The notes under the pieces were generated by a model. That model worked only from the letters and a program-made list of their open reading frames with translations. It made no database searches and was not told where the DNA came from. A stretch of DNA of 58,868 bases, counting the filler, from Dugesia japonica (Eukaryota): assembly GCA_001938525.1 (NCBI GenBank). It is 6 parts of 6 records of this genome, joined end to end, with 100 filler letters (N's around TTAATTAATTAA, not from the genome) between each part and the next. Parts side by side here need not be neighbours in the genome. Positions count along the whole stretch, not along the records: positions 20,193 to 30,040 come from MQRL01569273.1; positions 30,141 to 40,167 come from MQRL01342156.1; 4 more parts are not named here. The stretch is one strand, 5' to 3'. This document shows positions 23,750 to 37,007 of the stretch, piece by piece. A program made the translations under genes and the position numbers. Within the stretch, counting starts at the first letter, position 1. Each line of letters starts with the position of its first letter.

Positions 23750-26700
23750 GTGGATTGGTGAAAAAGAAAGAAAAAGAAGTAAAAGAATTTAAATGTTTAA
23801 AATGTAACAAAGTCTTTAAATGTAAATCTGGATTATTAACACATGAAAAATATTGTTTAGTAAATGCATTATTTAAATGAAAAATTTGTGAAAAGGGTAT
23901 TAAAGAAGAACCAAGTTATAAAAAACATTTAAAAGGAAAAGAACATTTATTTAATGTGAGCAAAAAGGTAAATAGAGAATTATTAAATGAAAATTTTAAA
24001 TTTGATGATTACTTAAAACAAAATAATATTGATAAAAGAAATATATTAAGAAGCAAAGAATTAATTTCTTTAAAAAAAATATTTCCAAGTAGAGATGAAA
24101 AAACAGAGGAAGTAATTTCAATTCCATCTTTTGAAATATTTGAAAACTCAGCAAGACATTATTTATCTTTACTTAATAATTTAAAAATAAGAATGGGGAT
24201 AAAATGTACATATTTGAACACAAGAAATGAACCAGCAATTATTAATTTTTAAAGTAAAGCTGAAATTATTTTAAATGAAGAGGATTTAACAAATAAAACT
24301 GAATTAATTTATAATGAATTGAGTAAAAGAATGATAGAATACGAAGGAAACGAAAGTGGTTTAGTAATTCAAAATGTAGATGCAATAGAAATGTTTATTG
24401 GTGAATATTCTTCTCCTCTAGGTGGAACATTCAAAGAGTTACCATTTAAATCAAAAGTATTATTTAATGAAGATTTTAACGATAATAAATGTTTTTATCA
24501 TTCAATAATTANCTCATTAAAATATAGTAACCAGAGCTATAAAGATATTAAAAATCTAATGAATTTTGTAGAAGATATTCCCGTTTCAATAAATTATGAA
24601 AAACAATTTAATAAAGAAAATAACTATGGAATTAAAGTTAATATATTCGAAATTAATGAAACTAGACAAATTAAACCAATTATTCTAAATCACTATTATT
24701 GGTTACCAACAACCGAAGAAGAGAAACATTATACTAATTTATTTATATTTAAAAATCACTATATATTTTGTTCTGATGTAAGTGTATTTATAAATTGTTC
24801 TAAAAATAAATCATTTCAGTGCTTAAATTGTAGAATTGAATTTAGAACAAGTAATTGTTTAAATACTCAACAACAATTATGTTTAAATAATAAACCAGCA
24901 ATAAATACATTTCCTGAAGAAGAATATTCATATTTTAATAAACATCATTATAAAAATAAAGTTCTATTTATTATTACTTCAGACTTTGAATGTTTTAATA
25001 ATATAAATACTCAAGACCCCGCAGGGCCTCATATCATTGAACAAAAAACCTTATCTTTTGGAATTTATATTTTAAGTAATTATGAAGATTTAAGAAAATC
25101 AGAATACATTGAATATTATGGAGAAGATTCAGCAGAAAAGTTTGTAGAAGTGTTTTTTTCTTTGGAAAATGAATTTAGAGAAATATTAAAAACAAATATT
25201 CCTTTAATAGAAATTTTAAATAAACCAGAGAAATGTAATTGTTATTATTGTAATAAAGAAATCGAAAATATAGTGGCAGATCATGATCATTTTAATGGAA
25301 ACNNNNNNGGTTGGTCTTGTAATAGTTGTAACTTAAAAGCTAAATTTGATTTTGTTCCAATGTATTTTCATAATGGAAGTAAATATGATTTATAATTAAT
25401 ATTTACTAAATTAGTTGAAAAAGAACCCATCAAATCTCTAAACCCAAAAAGACCAACAAAAGTTTTAGGTAAAAATGATGAAGTTTATATTTCTCTTCAA
25501 ATCGGTTGTATAAGAAATTTAGATTCATTAAGATTATTACCAAATTCATTAGAGGATTTAGGAAAGAACTTAAAACCAGAAGAATGCATTAATTTAAATA
25601 AATATAATTTGAAACCAATGAAAGGAACATTTCCATATAATTATATAACAACTAAAAACGGCCTTGCAGGGCCAAACTTTAATAAAATAAATGAAATTAC
25701 GCAAGAAACTAATTTACCTTCACATGATAAATTTTTCTGTTAACTAAAGCAAAAGAATATTTCACAAGAAGAATATAATCAAGCTCTAATAAATTGGAAT
25801 GAATTAAATTGTCAAAACATAAAAGATTATACAATGACTTAAATGAAAATTGATGTTTTATTATTAATTAATATCATCGAAAATTTCAGAAATATAACAA
25901 TCAGTAAATTTAATATTGATCCTTGTTATTGTTTCTCAGCTCCTGGATTAACATGGATTTGTGGATTAAAATATTCTCAAATAAAACTAAAATANNNNNN
26001 NNNNNNNNNNNNNNNNNNNNNNNNNNNNNNNNNNNNNNNNNNNNGAAAGAACTTAAAACCAGAAGAATGCATTAATTTAAATAAATATAATTTGAAACCA
26101 ATGAAAGGAACATTTCCATATAATTATATAACAACTAAAAACGGCCTTGCAGGGCCAAACTTTAATAAAATAAATGAAATTACGCAAGAAACTAATTTAC
26201 CTTCACATGATAAATTTTTCTGTTAACTAAAGCAAAAGAATATTTCACAAGAAGAATATAATCAAGCTCTAATAAATTGGAATGAATTAAATTGTCAAAA
26301 CATAAAAGATTATACAATGACTTAAATGAAAATTGATGTTTTATTATTAATTAATATCATCGAAAATTTCAGAAATATAACAATCAGTAAATTTAATATT
26401 GATCCTTGTTATTGTTTCTCAGCTCCNNNNNNNNNNNNNNNNNNNNNNNNNNNNNNNNNNNNNNNNNNNNNNNNNNNNNNTAAAGAAGAAACATATGAAA
26501 TGTTATTATTTGATGAACAAGGAATTAGAGGCGGAGTTTCTTCAGTTTTAGGTGATAGATTTGTAAAACCAAATAATCGAGAAACTAATAATTCAAAAGA
26601 ATACATGTTTAATAAAATTAATACTAATTCGGAATTAAATTTATTATTTAGACATTTTTTAAAAGAAAACTATTTAATGTATTATGATGCCAATTCTTTG

Positions 26701-27237
26701 TATTCATCGGCTATGTGCAAAGCTTCACCAACCGGTGAAATGGAATGGGATTTAAACTTTAACGTTGAAGAATCAACCTCAGAGGGTCCCGAAGACTTTG
26801 GATTTGCATATGAAGGTGATTTAAAATATTCGAATGAAATTAAAGAAATAACAAAACATATTCCATTTTTACTTAATAAAGAAAAACCAAATATAAATGA
26901 ATTTTCAAATTATTAAAAGTCAATTACACCAGCAAAGTATAAATCAACTGAAAAATTATTATTAACTCAATTTGACAAGCAAAAGTATTTAATCGATGGA
27001 AACATGTTAAAATGGTATTTAAACAATGGAATTGAGTTGATTAAAATTCATAGAAAAATTAAATATAAATAAAGTTGTTGGTTAAAAGGTTATATAGAAA
27101 ATTATATCAATCAAAGAAAAATAGCAAAGAGAAATAATGATAAATTTGGAGATTATTTCTTTAAACTTTTATGTAAGGCTTTTTATTGGAAAACTTTAAA
27201 AAATGTTAGAAATAGAGAAAATATATACTTTAACTTA
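23750..27237 (+). pseudogene. polB: pPolB of a related subfamily, N-terminus to motif B; decayed, with duplicated internal contig
   Basis: Two zinc fingers, DNKCFY..NHY, SDFEC, DHDHFNG, FHNGSKYD, KGTFPY, SAPGLTW, GIRGG, YYDANSLY, FFKLLC..FYWKTL. Confidence 0.9.
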
Positions 27238-27526
27238 TAAAAAAAATAATTTTATATCAACAAAATTAAAAAGTATTTCCATTTCAAATAATCCCAATTC
27301 AAATTTAAATACTTAAATTAAAAAAAATTCTCATCAAGAAAAAACCAAAATGAAACTGGTGGAGCGATGTTTGAAGATATTATAAATGATGCAGAGAGAA
27401 ATTAAAAAAACATTTTTTCCTTTGAAATTTGTTGAAATTTTAATATAATAGTTTTTTGTAATTCAAAGAATATTAATATATTTATTTTTACCATTTTTCT
27501 GCTTGTTGAAATTTTAATATTAAAGT

Positions 27527-27542
27527 GGTGACCGCGGTCACC
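27527..27542. other. Perfect 16-bp GC-rich palindrome GGTGACCGCGGTCACC
   Basis: Self-complementary; just beyond the 3' end of the minus-strand gene. Confidence 0.6.
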
Positions 27543-27599
27543 GGTTTATAAAACTTCTTTTCTTTCTTTTTTCTTACTTGTTTTAATTTTTAATTTTCA

Positions 27600-28340
27600 T
27601 TTTTAATTTCTTCATCTATAATTTCTTCTGTTTGTTTAAAATTATTATGTATTTTGTAAAAGGAAAATTTATTTGTTAATAATTTTGGAAATTTATCAAC
27701 TAAATTACTAAATGGAATTAATTTATTTATATATCTTTCTGAATAACAAATTTCTCTTCCAGATAAATAATTTATAAAATCTTAAATTGTTTTTTAATAT
27801 AGATAATAATTTACCCAATTTAATATATCCAATTAAACTAATTTATTTGCTTTTGGTTATTACTTCAATAATAAATTTCTTACCCAATAATAAATTTCTT
27901 CTGTAAGTCTTTTACGATCGAATGATTTATAAGTATCTTCTGAAAATTCATAAACACTCAATACTTTTTTATTTGCTTCTTGTTTTAAAATAACTGAATG
28001 AAATGGTTTTGAGTTGAAAGATCTTAAAGGCTCTTGCTTAAAATTTAATGGGACTCTATGGGATTTACTTGAAATCCTTTGAATAATTTCATCATCATTT
28101 TTTAAGGGAAAAAATTCATTTCTATCAAGTTTTCCTCTTTTAATAACATCTTTTTCTAATTGTGTAAAAGAAGTTATTTTATTCTGATTTACATTTGACA
28201 TTTCTCCTTTTTGCTTTAAAACTGGAACTTTATTTTTTGTTTTCTTAGAACCCTTTGTAAATTTTTTATAAGTTGTTGGAATTTTAACTTCAACTTCTGA
28301 ATCACTTTCATTTTCAAGTTCAACTTCTGATTTAAGTTAT
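27600..28340 (-). pseudogene. Homolog of the 9861-10619 viral protein
   Basis: SLIGYIKLGKLL...NKLIPFSNLVDKFPKLLTNKFSFYKI; ESDSEVEVK acidic stretch. Confidence 0.6.
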
Positions 28341-29288
28341 TCAATAATGGAACCTTTAAAAAAAATTAAAGCGTCAATAATATTTATCATTCTGATTATA
28401 TATTCTATTCCAGAAGATATGTAAATGTATATCGCTTTAATGTTTAGTAAATCTATTAAATAAAACAAAATATAAACCATTCTATTTGGAAAACCCCTTT
28501 ACAACAATTCATTTATTAAAACATTAAAACTAATTCGACTTAATCAAACAAAAGTCATCTTTATTAACGCAAAATATAAACCAATTACAGCATAATATCA
28601 ATTTATAAAAAACATTAGTTAAATTATTATTCTTATTTAATTTTTTCAAAAAATAAAGCAGATTAGTTAAATTTTATTTTCATTTTGTTTTGTAACAAAA
28701 CTCAAAACCAATCATCAAAGTTTTAAGCTAAAATATTACATTTTTTCTCAAAAAACATTAAAATCAATTCAATTTAATATTAATCTAAACTAATTATCTT
28801 GCTATTCTTTTAACTTTTAATTAACTCTTTTGGCTCTTTAATTATAATTGACTCCATATAATTGACTCTACATCTTTTTTAAGTCTTTACTTCTTTAATT
28901 GGCTATTTACATCTTTTTTTACATCTTTAAATCTTTAATTAACTCTACTAATGTTTTGACATCATTACATCTTTTTGATATATCTCTTCTCTTTACCTCT
29001 TCTTCTTTTTAAAAACTCATTAAATCAATTACTAAATAATTAAAATGTCTATTAGAATCAAAAAACTCAAAAGCAATTTTCGTTTGTTGAAATTTGATTT
29101 TCAAGAATTAAACCCGTTTGAATTAAAATTCTTAAAGCGAGTTTAGATCTTATTATTAATGAAATTGTAACAAATATTAAAACAGAAAAAGTAGAAACTA
29201 AACTTAAAGAATTAGACACTAAACTTGAAAAAATTGAAAAAGAATTTGACGTTTCTAGTTCTGAAATTAAATTTCTTGGGTTAATTCT

Positions 29289-30040
29289 TCAAAATTTAAA
29301 TTTTGAGGTTGATTTTTCAAAGTTTAAGTTTAAATCCCATTCCATTTCACCGGTTGGTAGTGCTTTGCACATAGCCGACGAATACAAAGAATTGGCATCA
29401 TAATACATTAAATAGTTTTCTTTTAAAAAAGGTCTAAATAATAAATTTAATTCNNNNNNNNNNNNNNNNNNNNNNNNNNNNNNNNNNNNNNNNNNNNNNN
29501 NNNNNNNNNNNNNNNNNNNNNNNNNNNNNNNNNNNNNNNNNNNNNNNNNNNNNNNNNNNNNNNNNNNNNNNNNNNNNNNNNNNNNNNNNNNNNNNNNNNN
29601 NNNNNNNNNNNNNNNNNNNNNNNNNNNNNNNNNNNNNNNNNNNNNNNNNNNNNNNNNNGGAGCTGAGAAACAATAACAAGGATCAATATTAAATTTACTG
29701 ATTGTTATATTTCTGAAATTTTCGATGATATTAATTAATAATAAAACATCAATTTTCATTTAAGTCATTGTATAATCTTTTATGTTTTGACAATTTAATT
29801 CATTCCAATTTATTAGAGCTTGATTATATTCTTCTTGTGAAATATTCTTTTGCTTTAGTTAACAGAAAAATTTATCATGTGAAGGTAAATTAGTTTCTTG
29901 CGTAATTTCATTTATTTTATTAAAGTTTGGCCCTGCAAGGCCGTTTTTAGTTGTTATATAATTATATGGAAATGTTCCTTTCATTGGTTTCAAATTATAT
30001 TTATTTAAATTAATGCATTCTTCTGGTTTTAAGTTCTTTC
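29289..30040 (-). pseudogene. polB: Inverted near-identical copy of the pPolB segment 25561-26780
   Basis: Same sequence and same premature stops; a few differences near YYDANSLY (RPFL vs RHFL, KALP vs KASP). Confidence 0.85.
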
Positions 30041-30140
30041 NNNNNNNNNNNNNNNNNNNNNNNNNNNNNNNNNNNNNNNNNNNNTTAATTAATTAANNNN
30101 NNNNNNNNNNNNNNNNNNNNNNNNNNNNNNNNNNNNNNNN
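30041..30140. other. Artificial scaffold linker
   Basis: N44-TTAATTAATTAA-N44. Confidence 0.97.
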
Positions 30141-30369
30141 TTATATCTGCATGTGTATGTATATGTATTTGTGTATTTGTATGTGTATATTTGCTTATGT
30201 ATTAACTCAACAGTTCTCAAAGGGGATGAAACCCAACATACGTCTTAATTCGTCCAATTTTCAACATAACCTGATCAGGTGATGCCAACTTGCTTTTAGT
30301 TCTTAGGGGAAGAATGATATAACNTATGTATTTTATCAATAATTGTTCTAAGATAATTAACACAAATAA

Positions 30370-30870
30370 TTTCTTACACTGTTTTACCAACTCATAATTT
30401 TTGCCGGTAGTTCAAACAATGCCGAATTATAAAATTATGGTACTTCTTCAGAAAAAAATTAGCAACTCGTGATTTACGTCCCAGTATAACAACAGCACCA
30501 TCGCAATTTAAGGAAACAAGACACTCTTGTAAAATAGCTTCAGTTAGTCTAATGATATTTAATTCTACTTATAAAGTGGTAAATATACATTCAGAATTTT
30601 GTCTCTACAATTCAATCAAACGCAAAACCAGTTTTCTGGATGTATCATATTTATTAACTGAACTCGAATATATACAATAAGACATGAATTATTGCTAATA
30701 GAATTTGATTCATCTAAAATAATTCCAAATTTTGGCTCTTTATCAACTGTTCTTTTTTAAAGAGTTCTTTGCATCTGTTCAGAAATGTACATTAAAATAT
30801 TTGTGCAAGCAACATTTGAATGTAAAATTTTTCCCATATCAACGAGATTAAGAATTTTACATTAATCTTT
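30370..30870 (-). mobile_element. hAT-family transposase relic (ZNF862/KIAA1586-like)
   Basis: FGIILDESNSISNNSCLIVYIR, LIEL, CDGAVVILGRKSRVA, HCLNYR. Confidence 0.75.
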
Positions 30871-32699
30871 TTAGCCATGAACTCAAGTTTTTGTTTTTAA
30901 TTCCACCCACTTGGAAAGTTATTCAAGTCTTTGGACGATTATGGTTCCGTCATAAAATTCGTTTTCAATCACATTCACTACAGCAGTTCCATTTGCTTCT
31001 TCATTTACAACATTTAATTCATTTCTAGAATTTTCTATTGTTTTTTTAATAGAAAAAATATATTTCAAAAGATTGTGTTTTTGAGACATTTGGCAAAGAT
31101 TTTGTTAAATTATCAAATAGGAAAAATTATTTATAAAACCTTTTCTATATATACTTTGTATGTCGAACAAATAATAAATTGGTTTCCAAAATTACGGACT
31201 AAAGAAACAGAAAATCCAATGAATTCAAAATATACACTACAAATAAATTACTTAAATTAAACAAATACAGGAAATTTATAAAAATATAAGAAATACTATA
31301 TTATACTATGGAAAACTAAAATTATAAAATATTAACGAAACAGAGAAAACTTAAAAGCGTATAAGAAACTCTATTAAATACTCAAAATTAAAGAAGAAAA
31401 TTTCTAATTACTAAAAAAATCTTGTATAATACAAAAAAACAATAACTCTCAATTAAAAATATCAAAATCACACACTAAACGAAGGCTTACTGATATCGAC
31501 AAAAACCAAAATCAAAGTGACAATATGTATTGGTTTCTGAAATACTTTTGAAACATATAACCCACTCTGTGAATAAATTTGAATTTCTTTGGTAAAATAT
31601 TCAAATGTCAAACAAATATGTGCGAAATACAATTTTTTTAAATAACCAATAAAAATTATATGCAAAAAACGATGGCAAATTTTGAAAATATAAAATAAAT
31701 AACGCCATTTAAAATAAAACTTTATTGTTATATATTTTGACGGTTCAACCGTCATCATCAGACACAATTAAAAAAATGAGTTTATTCAGTCTATATTATA
31801 AAAACAAATATTAATGTTATTATATTGAATATGACATGGCTATAAATTCTTAATTTTCTTTAAAAAAATAAATTCTTGATTTTTTTAATTTTAACAATCT
31901 TACAATTTAATATTATTCTCAATATAAATTAAATTGAAATAGAAATTAAAAAATTGACAGACACAATTAACAGAGGATCCGTTGACGAACTTCAATTCCT
32001 ATGCAAGCTCAAAAATATTTACCAATATTTATTTACCAAATATTTATCAATGAGTAAATATCACTATGTTGAACTTATTGTCTGATCAATATTCATGAAC
32101 AAAATTGAGGAAGAATTGACGAGACAAAAGAGAATTAAATTTGTTGCTATAACTCTATTCACATGTATTGTGTCGTTTTATTTGCTTAAACGAAATTGAT
32201 GTAATTATTGTTTTTTTGTTTAATAAATGAAGTTGAATAATAATTCTGTTTTTTACTTGTATTATTTACATAATAATCGCGTAATATTTAGTGTTTATGA
32301 GTGTATAATGTTTATGAATGTACTATTTACATAGTTATAATGTACTATTTACATAGTTATAATGTTTGATTTACATAGTAACCATGTAAAATGGGTACTC
32401 ATGTAAATACTTGCTCGGGTCATGTAAAATAAAACATGTTCATGACATGTTCATAAAAACCTTTATACATAATATGTAATAATAACAATTTCATTTTTTA
32501 ATAATATGAATATACATGTTCATTCTTTTATAAAAAAAGTAATTTGTATTGTTTTTGAGTTAATTTTATTTAAATAAATGAAAGGAAATTAAGACAGTAT
32601 TCAAAAACATATATTTTAACCTATTAAAAAAATTAAATTACTTCTAAATCACCTTTTGCTTCTTAGTATCAATGTAAAAATGAATATTATAAACATATA

Positions 32700-33345
32700 A
32701 ATTGACTCACGAGGTGTGCATTTTCACACCTTTAAAATAAACAATATTATGTGCGAAATTTCATACTTCAATTGATCTCAAATTAATTTTTTTGTTTTAA
32801 TTAACAACAAAAAAATTCATACATTATTTATTTTTTATTAAAAATTAAATGCATTGCGCATTGAGAAATATAAAATTCAAATTAATTTTTTTGTTTTAAT
32901 TAACATCAAACTTTTCATACATTTCTATTTTTGTATTTAAAATTAAAAGCTTGGTGCATTGAGCTTTTTAAAATACATTATTCTTATTCTTATTAATATT
33001 ATTATTATTAATGTAATTTAAAATATTTTTATAGGTGTTAATTTTCATATCTTTAGAGCCAATTTTTACATCTAATTGTAAATAATGATTTATTATCGGC
33101 GTATAAATTTTCACACAGTTATATTATTATTATTAAAATGTTTTTTATGGGTGTGAGTTTTCCCACTTTTGGCATGAACTTTCAGACCTTAATCATTTGT
33201 ATTGATCTGGGAATATCAAAAAACATCATTTTTGTTATTTAAGGTGTACTTTGTAAGGTGTGAATTTTCATACATTATTATAAACCTTGAATTTTCACAC
33301 TTTTGGCATGAAATTTCACCCCCAACTTTAAATTTTTTTCATCAA
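32700..33345. repeat. Dispersed array of imperfect palindromes GGTGTGAAnTTTCACACC
   Basis: About nine variants, e.g. near 32713, 33034, 33100, 33149, 33171, 33258, 33286, 33305. Confidence 0.7.
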
Positions 33346-33482
33346 AAATAATTAGCCTCAAATATTTTTTTAACCAAATAAAATTATTATTATTATTAAT
33401 ATTATTATTAATTACTAATAGCAACGAAAAAGATTTATTTACATGATGACAGGTAATGTACACAAAGTTTTAAACATTTTAT

Positions 33483-33909
33483 TTAAACACAATAATCTCC
33501 ATGATTATAATATGGACAAGAAATATTATATGATATAAATAATTGTACATGTTCATTTAAGTTACAATTGACAATTTGAAGACTCGGGAAAATATATTTA
33601 AGAATATTGATTTTATTTCCAATCACGTGATCATTCACATAAAACAATGCATCATTAGAAATTGCTAGCAAGTCATTGAGGATTTGAATTCGATCAAATT
33701 TACAATCTTCTGAGATGATGACGCCAGAGCTGTAAGTACTCATTAATTGTTTGAGCAGATTTTGATAAACTTCCCATTGATTCCGCCATGGCAAACCTTT
33801 TTTAAAACGGATGAAGAATATTATCCACATCCATTATACAGAATTCTTTAATTAAATAGTCACTATTACTATCCTGAAAGGCTTCATAATCAATAAAAAA
33901 CAAAGACAT
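33483..33909 (-). pseudogene. DEDD-type (DnaQ-like) exonuclease-domain protein of Polinton
   Basis: MSLFFIDYEAF...IKEFCI, GLPW; frameshifted, terminal Cys/His cluster. Confidence 0.55.
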
Positions 33910-33914
33910 TTTAA

Positions 33915-34305
33915 ATATTGATTGATAATCACATAAAGATTGTTTATACTGGATTTTGAGCCATTCAATATAATATTTTCTACATAGAAATGCCAATGGA
34001 TTCTGAAATAGGATTTGATTGTATTCGACACGTTGTTGCATACGATCCACTTTTGATACCAGGAATGACGGATAAAATATAACGATTGGATCAAATACAC
34101 GAATAATATTTGGTTTGAAATGAATAACAATCCGATGCTCACCATCCGAATTTGAGATATATGTATTGATTACATAGCATCCGTTTTGTAAAAAGTCCGG
34201 TAGTCGTTCCAGTGGATACACTCCTTTAAATCTCCTTCTCCCCAAATCACGTTTCGTAAGAGTTTCAATATGAAAAGTACTATTAATCAATAAAATTATC
34301 TGCAA
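33915..34305 (-). pseudogene. Adenain-like maturation protease (Maverick type)
   Basis: FKGVYPLERLP, YVINT..S.GEH, VFDP, YNQILFQNP...C. Confidence 0.85.
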
Positions 34306-34321
34306 AAAAACAATACATACT

Positions 34322-35227
34322 TCATGCTATACAATACACACATACAATCACTACTCCATTTTTGGTGATTTGAATTTCAGAATCAAATACTCCATATGCA
34401 TACATTGTCACTAATTCCGTCAAGGCTTTATGAAATTGCACATCCAACTTGAGATTTCCGGTTTTCGGAAATTGCGGTTGATCAAGGATTTTTGTTTTCT
34501 GGAAAGGGTTGATTGCATTTTAATTTTTAAATCCTTGGCAATGTCCAATTATAACCGACTGATCAACACAAACACGTGGCACTACTAATTTTGCTTCTAT
34601 AATGTATGGTTGTGGATTTATTTCAATTGGATCAGTATCTTGGGTATGTTTGTAAATTACCGAACCAAAATTTCTCTTTAACTTGACTGTCACATTAACT
34701 CCCGGCAATAGATACTTTAGTTGGTCAAAGAAATCCAAATTAAGTGCACCACAGAGCTTTAGCTTTGAAGACGTTTAAATCCACCTTTTTCTCTTGTTAT
34801 CTTCTTTATAATAACCAATAGCTTCAAGAAAAGTGTTTTTTGTATGTGATCCAAAATTCAATGCTGCTTCAATTACCATCTTTTGCATATATGTATCATT
34901 TGTATCTTCAACCTCTACATTATTTAGTGTTAATGATGCTTCTTTGAATAGAGTATGAAGCAAATAATTGGAAGGAACCATGTTGGTAGTATCAGNTGAT
35001 GCAAAATTCGTCCCATCATGTTTCACAGTCTTCATTTTAACAATGAGCAAAGTATCATTCAAATCCAAGTAATCATTATCTGAACTAATAATATTGAACT
35101 CAATTTGTTGTCCAGAATACCCGGGTATAGAATCTTTTGGGTATATTTCTTCAAATGTAGAGCTTTCAACAACCACCTGTGATATATTCTGGTCAAAAAC
35201 GGTTAATTCAGTTTTTCCAGAATACAT
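34322..35227 (-). pseudogene. Major capsid protein (double jelly roll), apparently internally deleted
   Basis: ELTVF...EEIYP, IEFNI..DYLDLNDT, NYLLHTLF, DFFDQLKYLLPGV.V.VKLKR, C-terminal GNLKLDVQFHKAL..YGVFDSEIQI. Confidence 0.88.
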
Positions 35228-35360
35228 GCTTATTTTGCAAAGGTGGTTCCATCTAATCGTTTTCTTTAGTTTAAATCCAATGTTATTTTATTTTTCCGTT
35301 TACGTATTCCACTGTCATGCTGTCCATCAACAACTTCCTTTATTGCCTTAAGTGAATTTT

Positions 35361-35633
35361 CTACACATCCGGCAACATATTTAGTGCTTGGTTTTTGATT
35401 GATTCTTTAAATAACTGCTTCTTGCTAATAACATAATTAACAATGTTTAGTGATGCTTGCCCCACCAACTTTGCAATTGGAAGTCCAAATTTCTGTAAAA
35501 TTGGAATTACAAAACGTCCAATTCTATGCAGCCCATTTTCACTACCTTGCTGTTGTTGACTAGCGATAAAATATAGCAAGTCTCCACCCCTTTGTGAACG
35601 ACTATACATTGTGATAGAACCTTGATCAACCAT
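35361..35633 (-). CDS. Small Maverick core/membrane-active protein
   Basis: QRGG, QQGS, amphipathic IGRFVIPILQKFGLPIAKLVG; lies between penton and major capsid genes. Confidence 0.6.
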   Translation of the reverse strand: MVDQGSITMYSRSQRGGDLLYFIASQQQQGSENGLHRIGRFVIPILQKFGLPIAKLVGQASLNIVNYVISKKQLFKESIKNQALNMLPDV

Positions 35634-35645
35634 TTCAATAATGAA

Positions 35646-37007
35646 TTAAATTGTAATCAAATTGTTTATACTTGTCGAAAATGTAGAGTTAAACTTGTTA
35701 TATAGAAAATCAATCAATCTTCTCGTATCATCACGTATGTTTACTTCAATTTTGTTGATGGAAGATAAGGATACAGGTAAATACATTAGATTCTCAAGTC
35801 TTACATGTACAACATCACCAAATGAATGCTTGTTACTATCAACCCATATACTCCTCAAAAGGTTAACAGGTACATCACCAACCAGGATTAGATCGAAGAT
35901 CGATGAAAAAATATATAGTTGTCTAATACCACCAGGTAATAATGGGTTATGCAAACTCTTTACTTGTTCTGAAGACTTGTATAATTTCTCAGAAGGAAGA
36001 GCGAGTATTAGCGTAAGACTCATCAAATAATAAATATTCAACATTATCAAGTAATTTAAACATGACCAGTCCAAATTTTGAATCTATAACAAATTCTATA
36101 ACATATTCTATGTCATAATTTTATAAATGATGTAACCAGATTATCCAGATCCGTAACCATTAAATCACTTTCAAATTCAAAATAATTNNNNNNNNNNTTG
36201 ATTTCAGTAAATTTTAATTTAACATCAGTTTTGGCAATATTATCCAACATTTTAGTATCTGATTCGATAAATAAATCCATCGGTTAGTTTTTCGTCTTTT
36301 GCGAATTAAACCCAGTAACCAAGCATCAAACAATGAATTAAACTCCAATTCCATATTGCAATCAGATTTGATAATTATTTTCTTTTCACTATTAATACTG
36401 ATTTCACAATTCTTTTTAATTTTCAATCCAGAAACAACAGGTTTTCCATTTTTAATCTCAACATTTAAATTTTCTTCAATTTCGTTTATTTTAGTCTTTC
36501 CTTCCTCAATGGTATTAAACTTTAATTTTAAATATATTGATGGACTATTTTTCAGAATTAACTGCTCATCAGATTCAATAACTGAAACTAATGGCTTCTT
36601 ATTTTGGTATTGATTAAATTGAATCCATAGTTTTTTGCATCTAATAACGATTTTAACTCCATTTCTACTTGACAATCTGTTTTTAATATTACTTTCTTTT
36701 CATCGGAAAATATATACCAATTATTTTTATTGATAGAGACGGTATTATTAAGTTGAAAACTACCATTTACAATACTTTTCTAAAATTTATCTTCCATTTC
36801 CGTCACCTCTCTTATTTTATATTCAATTTTTGAAACTTTCCGTATAGTCTGTGGACAATAATTGAAAACAAATTCTCTCATGGCAACTTCCCAATGGTCA
36901 TCTTTTAAATTGATGGCATTCTCATTGTCTACCATACACCTGCTTGCATTATTATCAGGTCGAGTTCTTGGACAACTATTGCATGGCAAAACCATATAGA
37001 AACTCAC
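35646..37007 (-). pseudogene. Minor capsid protein (penton) with variable central insertion
   Basis: N-terminus SFYMVLPCNS...PDNNAS...WEVAM; C-terminus LYIFSSI...VGD...LLR...YLPV..IEVNIRDDT.RLIDF. Confidence 0.85.

Noticed and set aside
26045-26426. Tandem duplication inside pPolB
   Set aside because: Gap-bounded contig identical to 25562-25943 and to 29659-30040; most likely repeated placement of a collapsed contig
32700-33345. CRISPR-like array
   Set aside because: Repeats are degenerate, spacing is irregular, no cas genes, eukaryotic context
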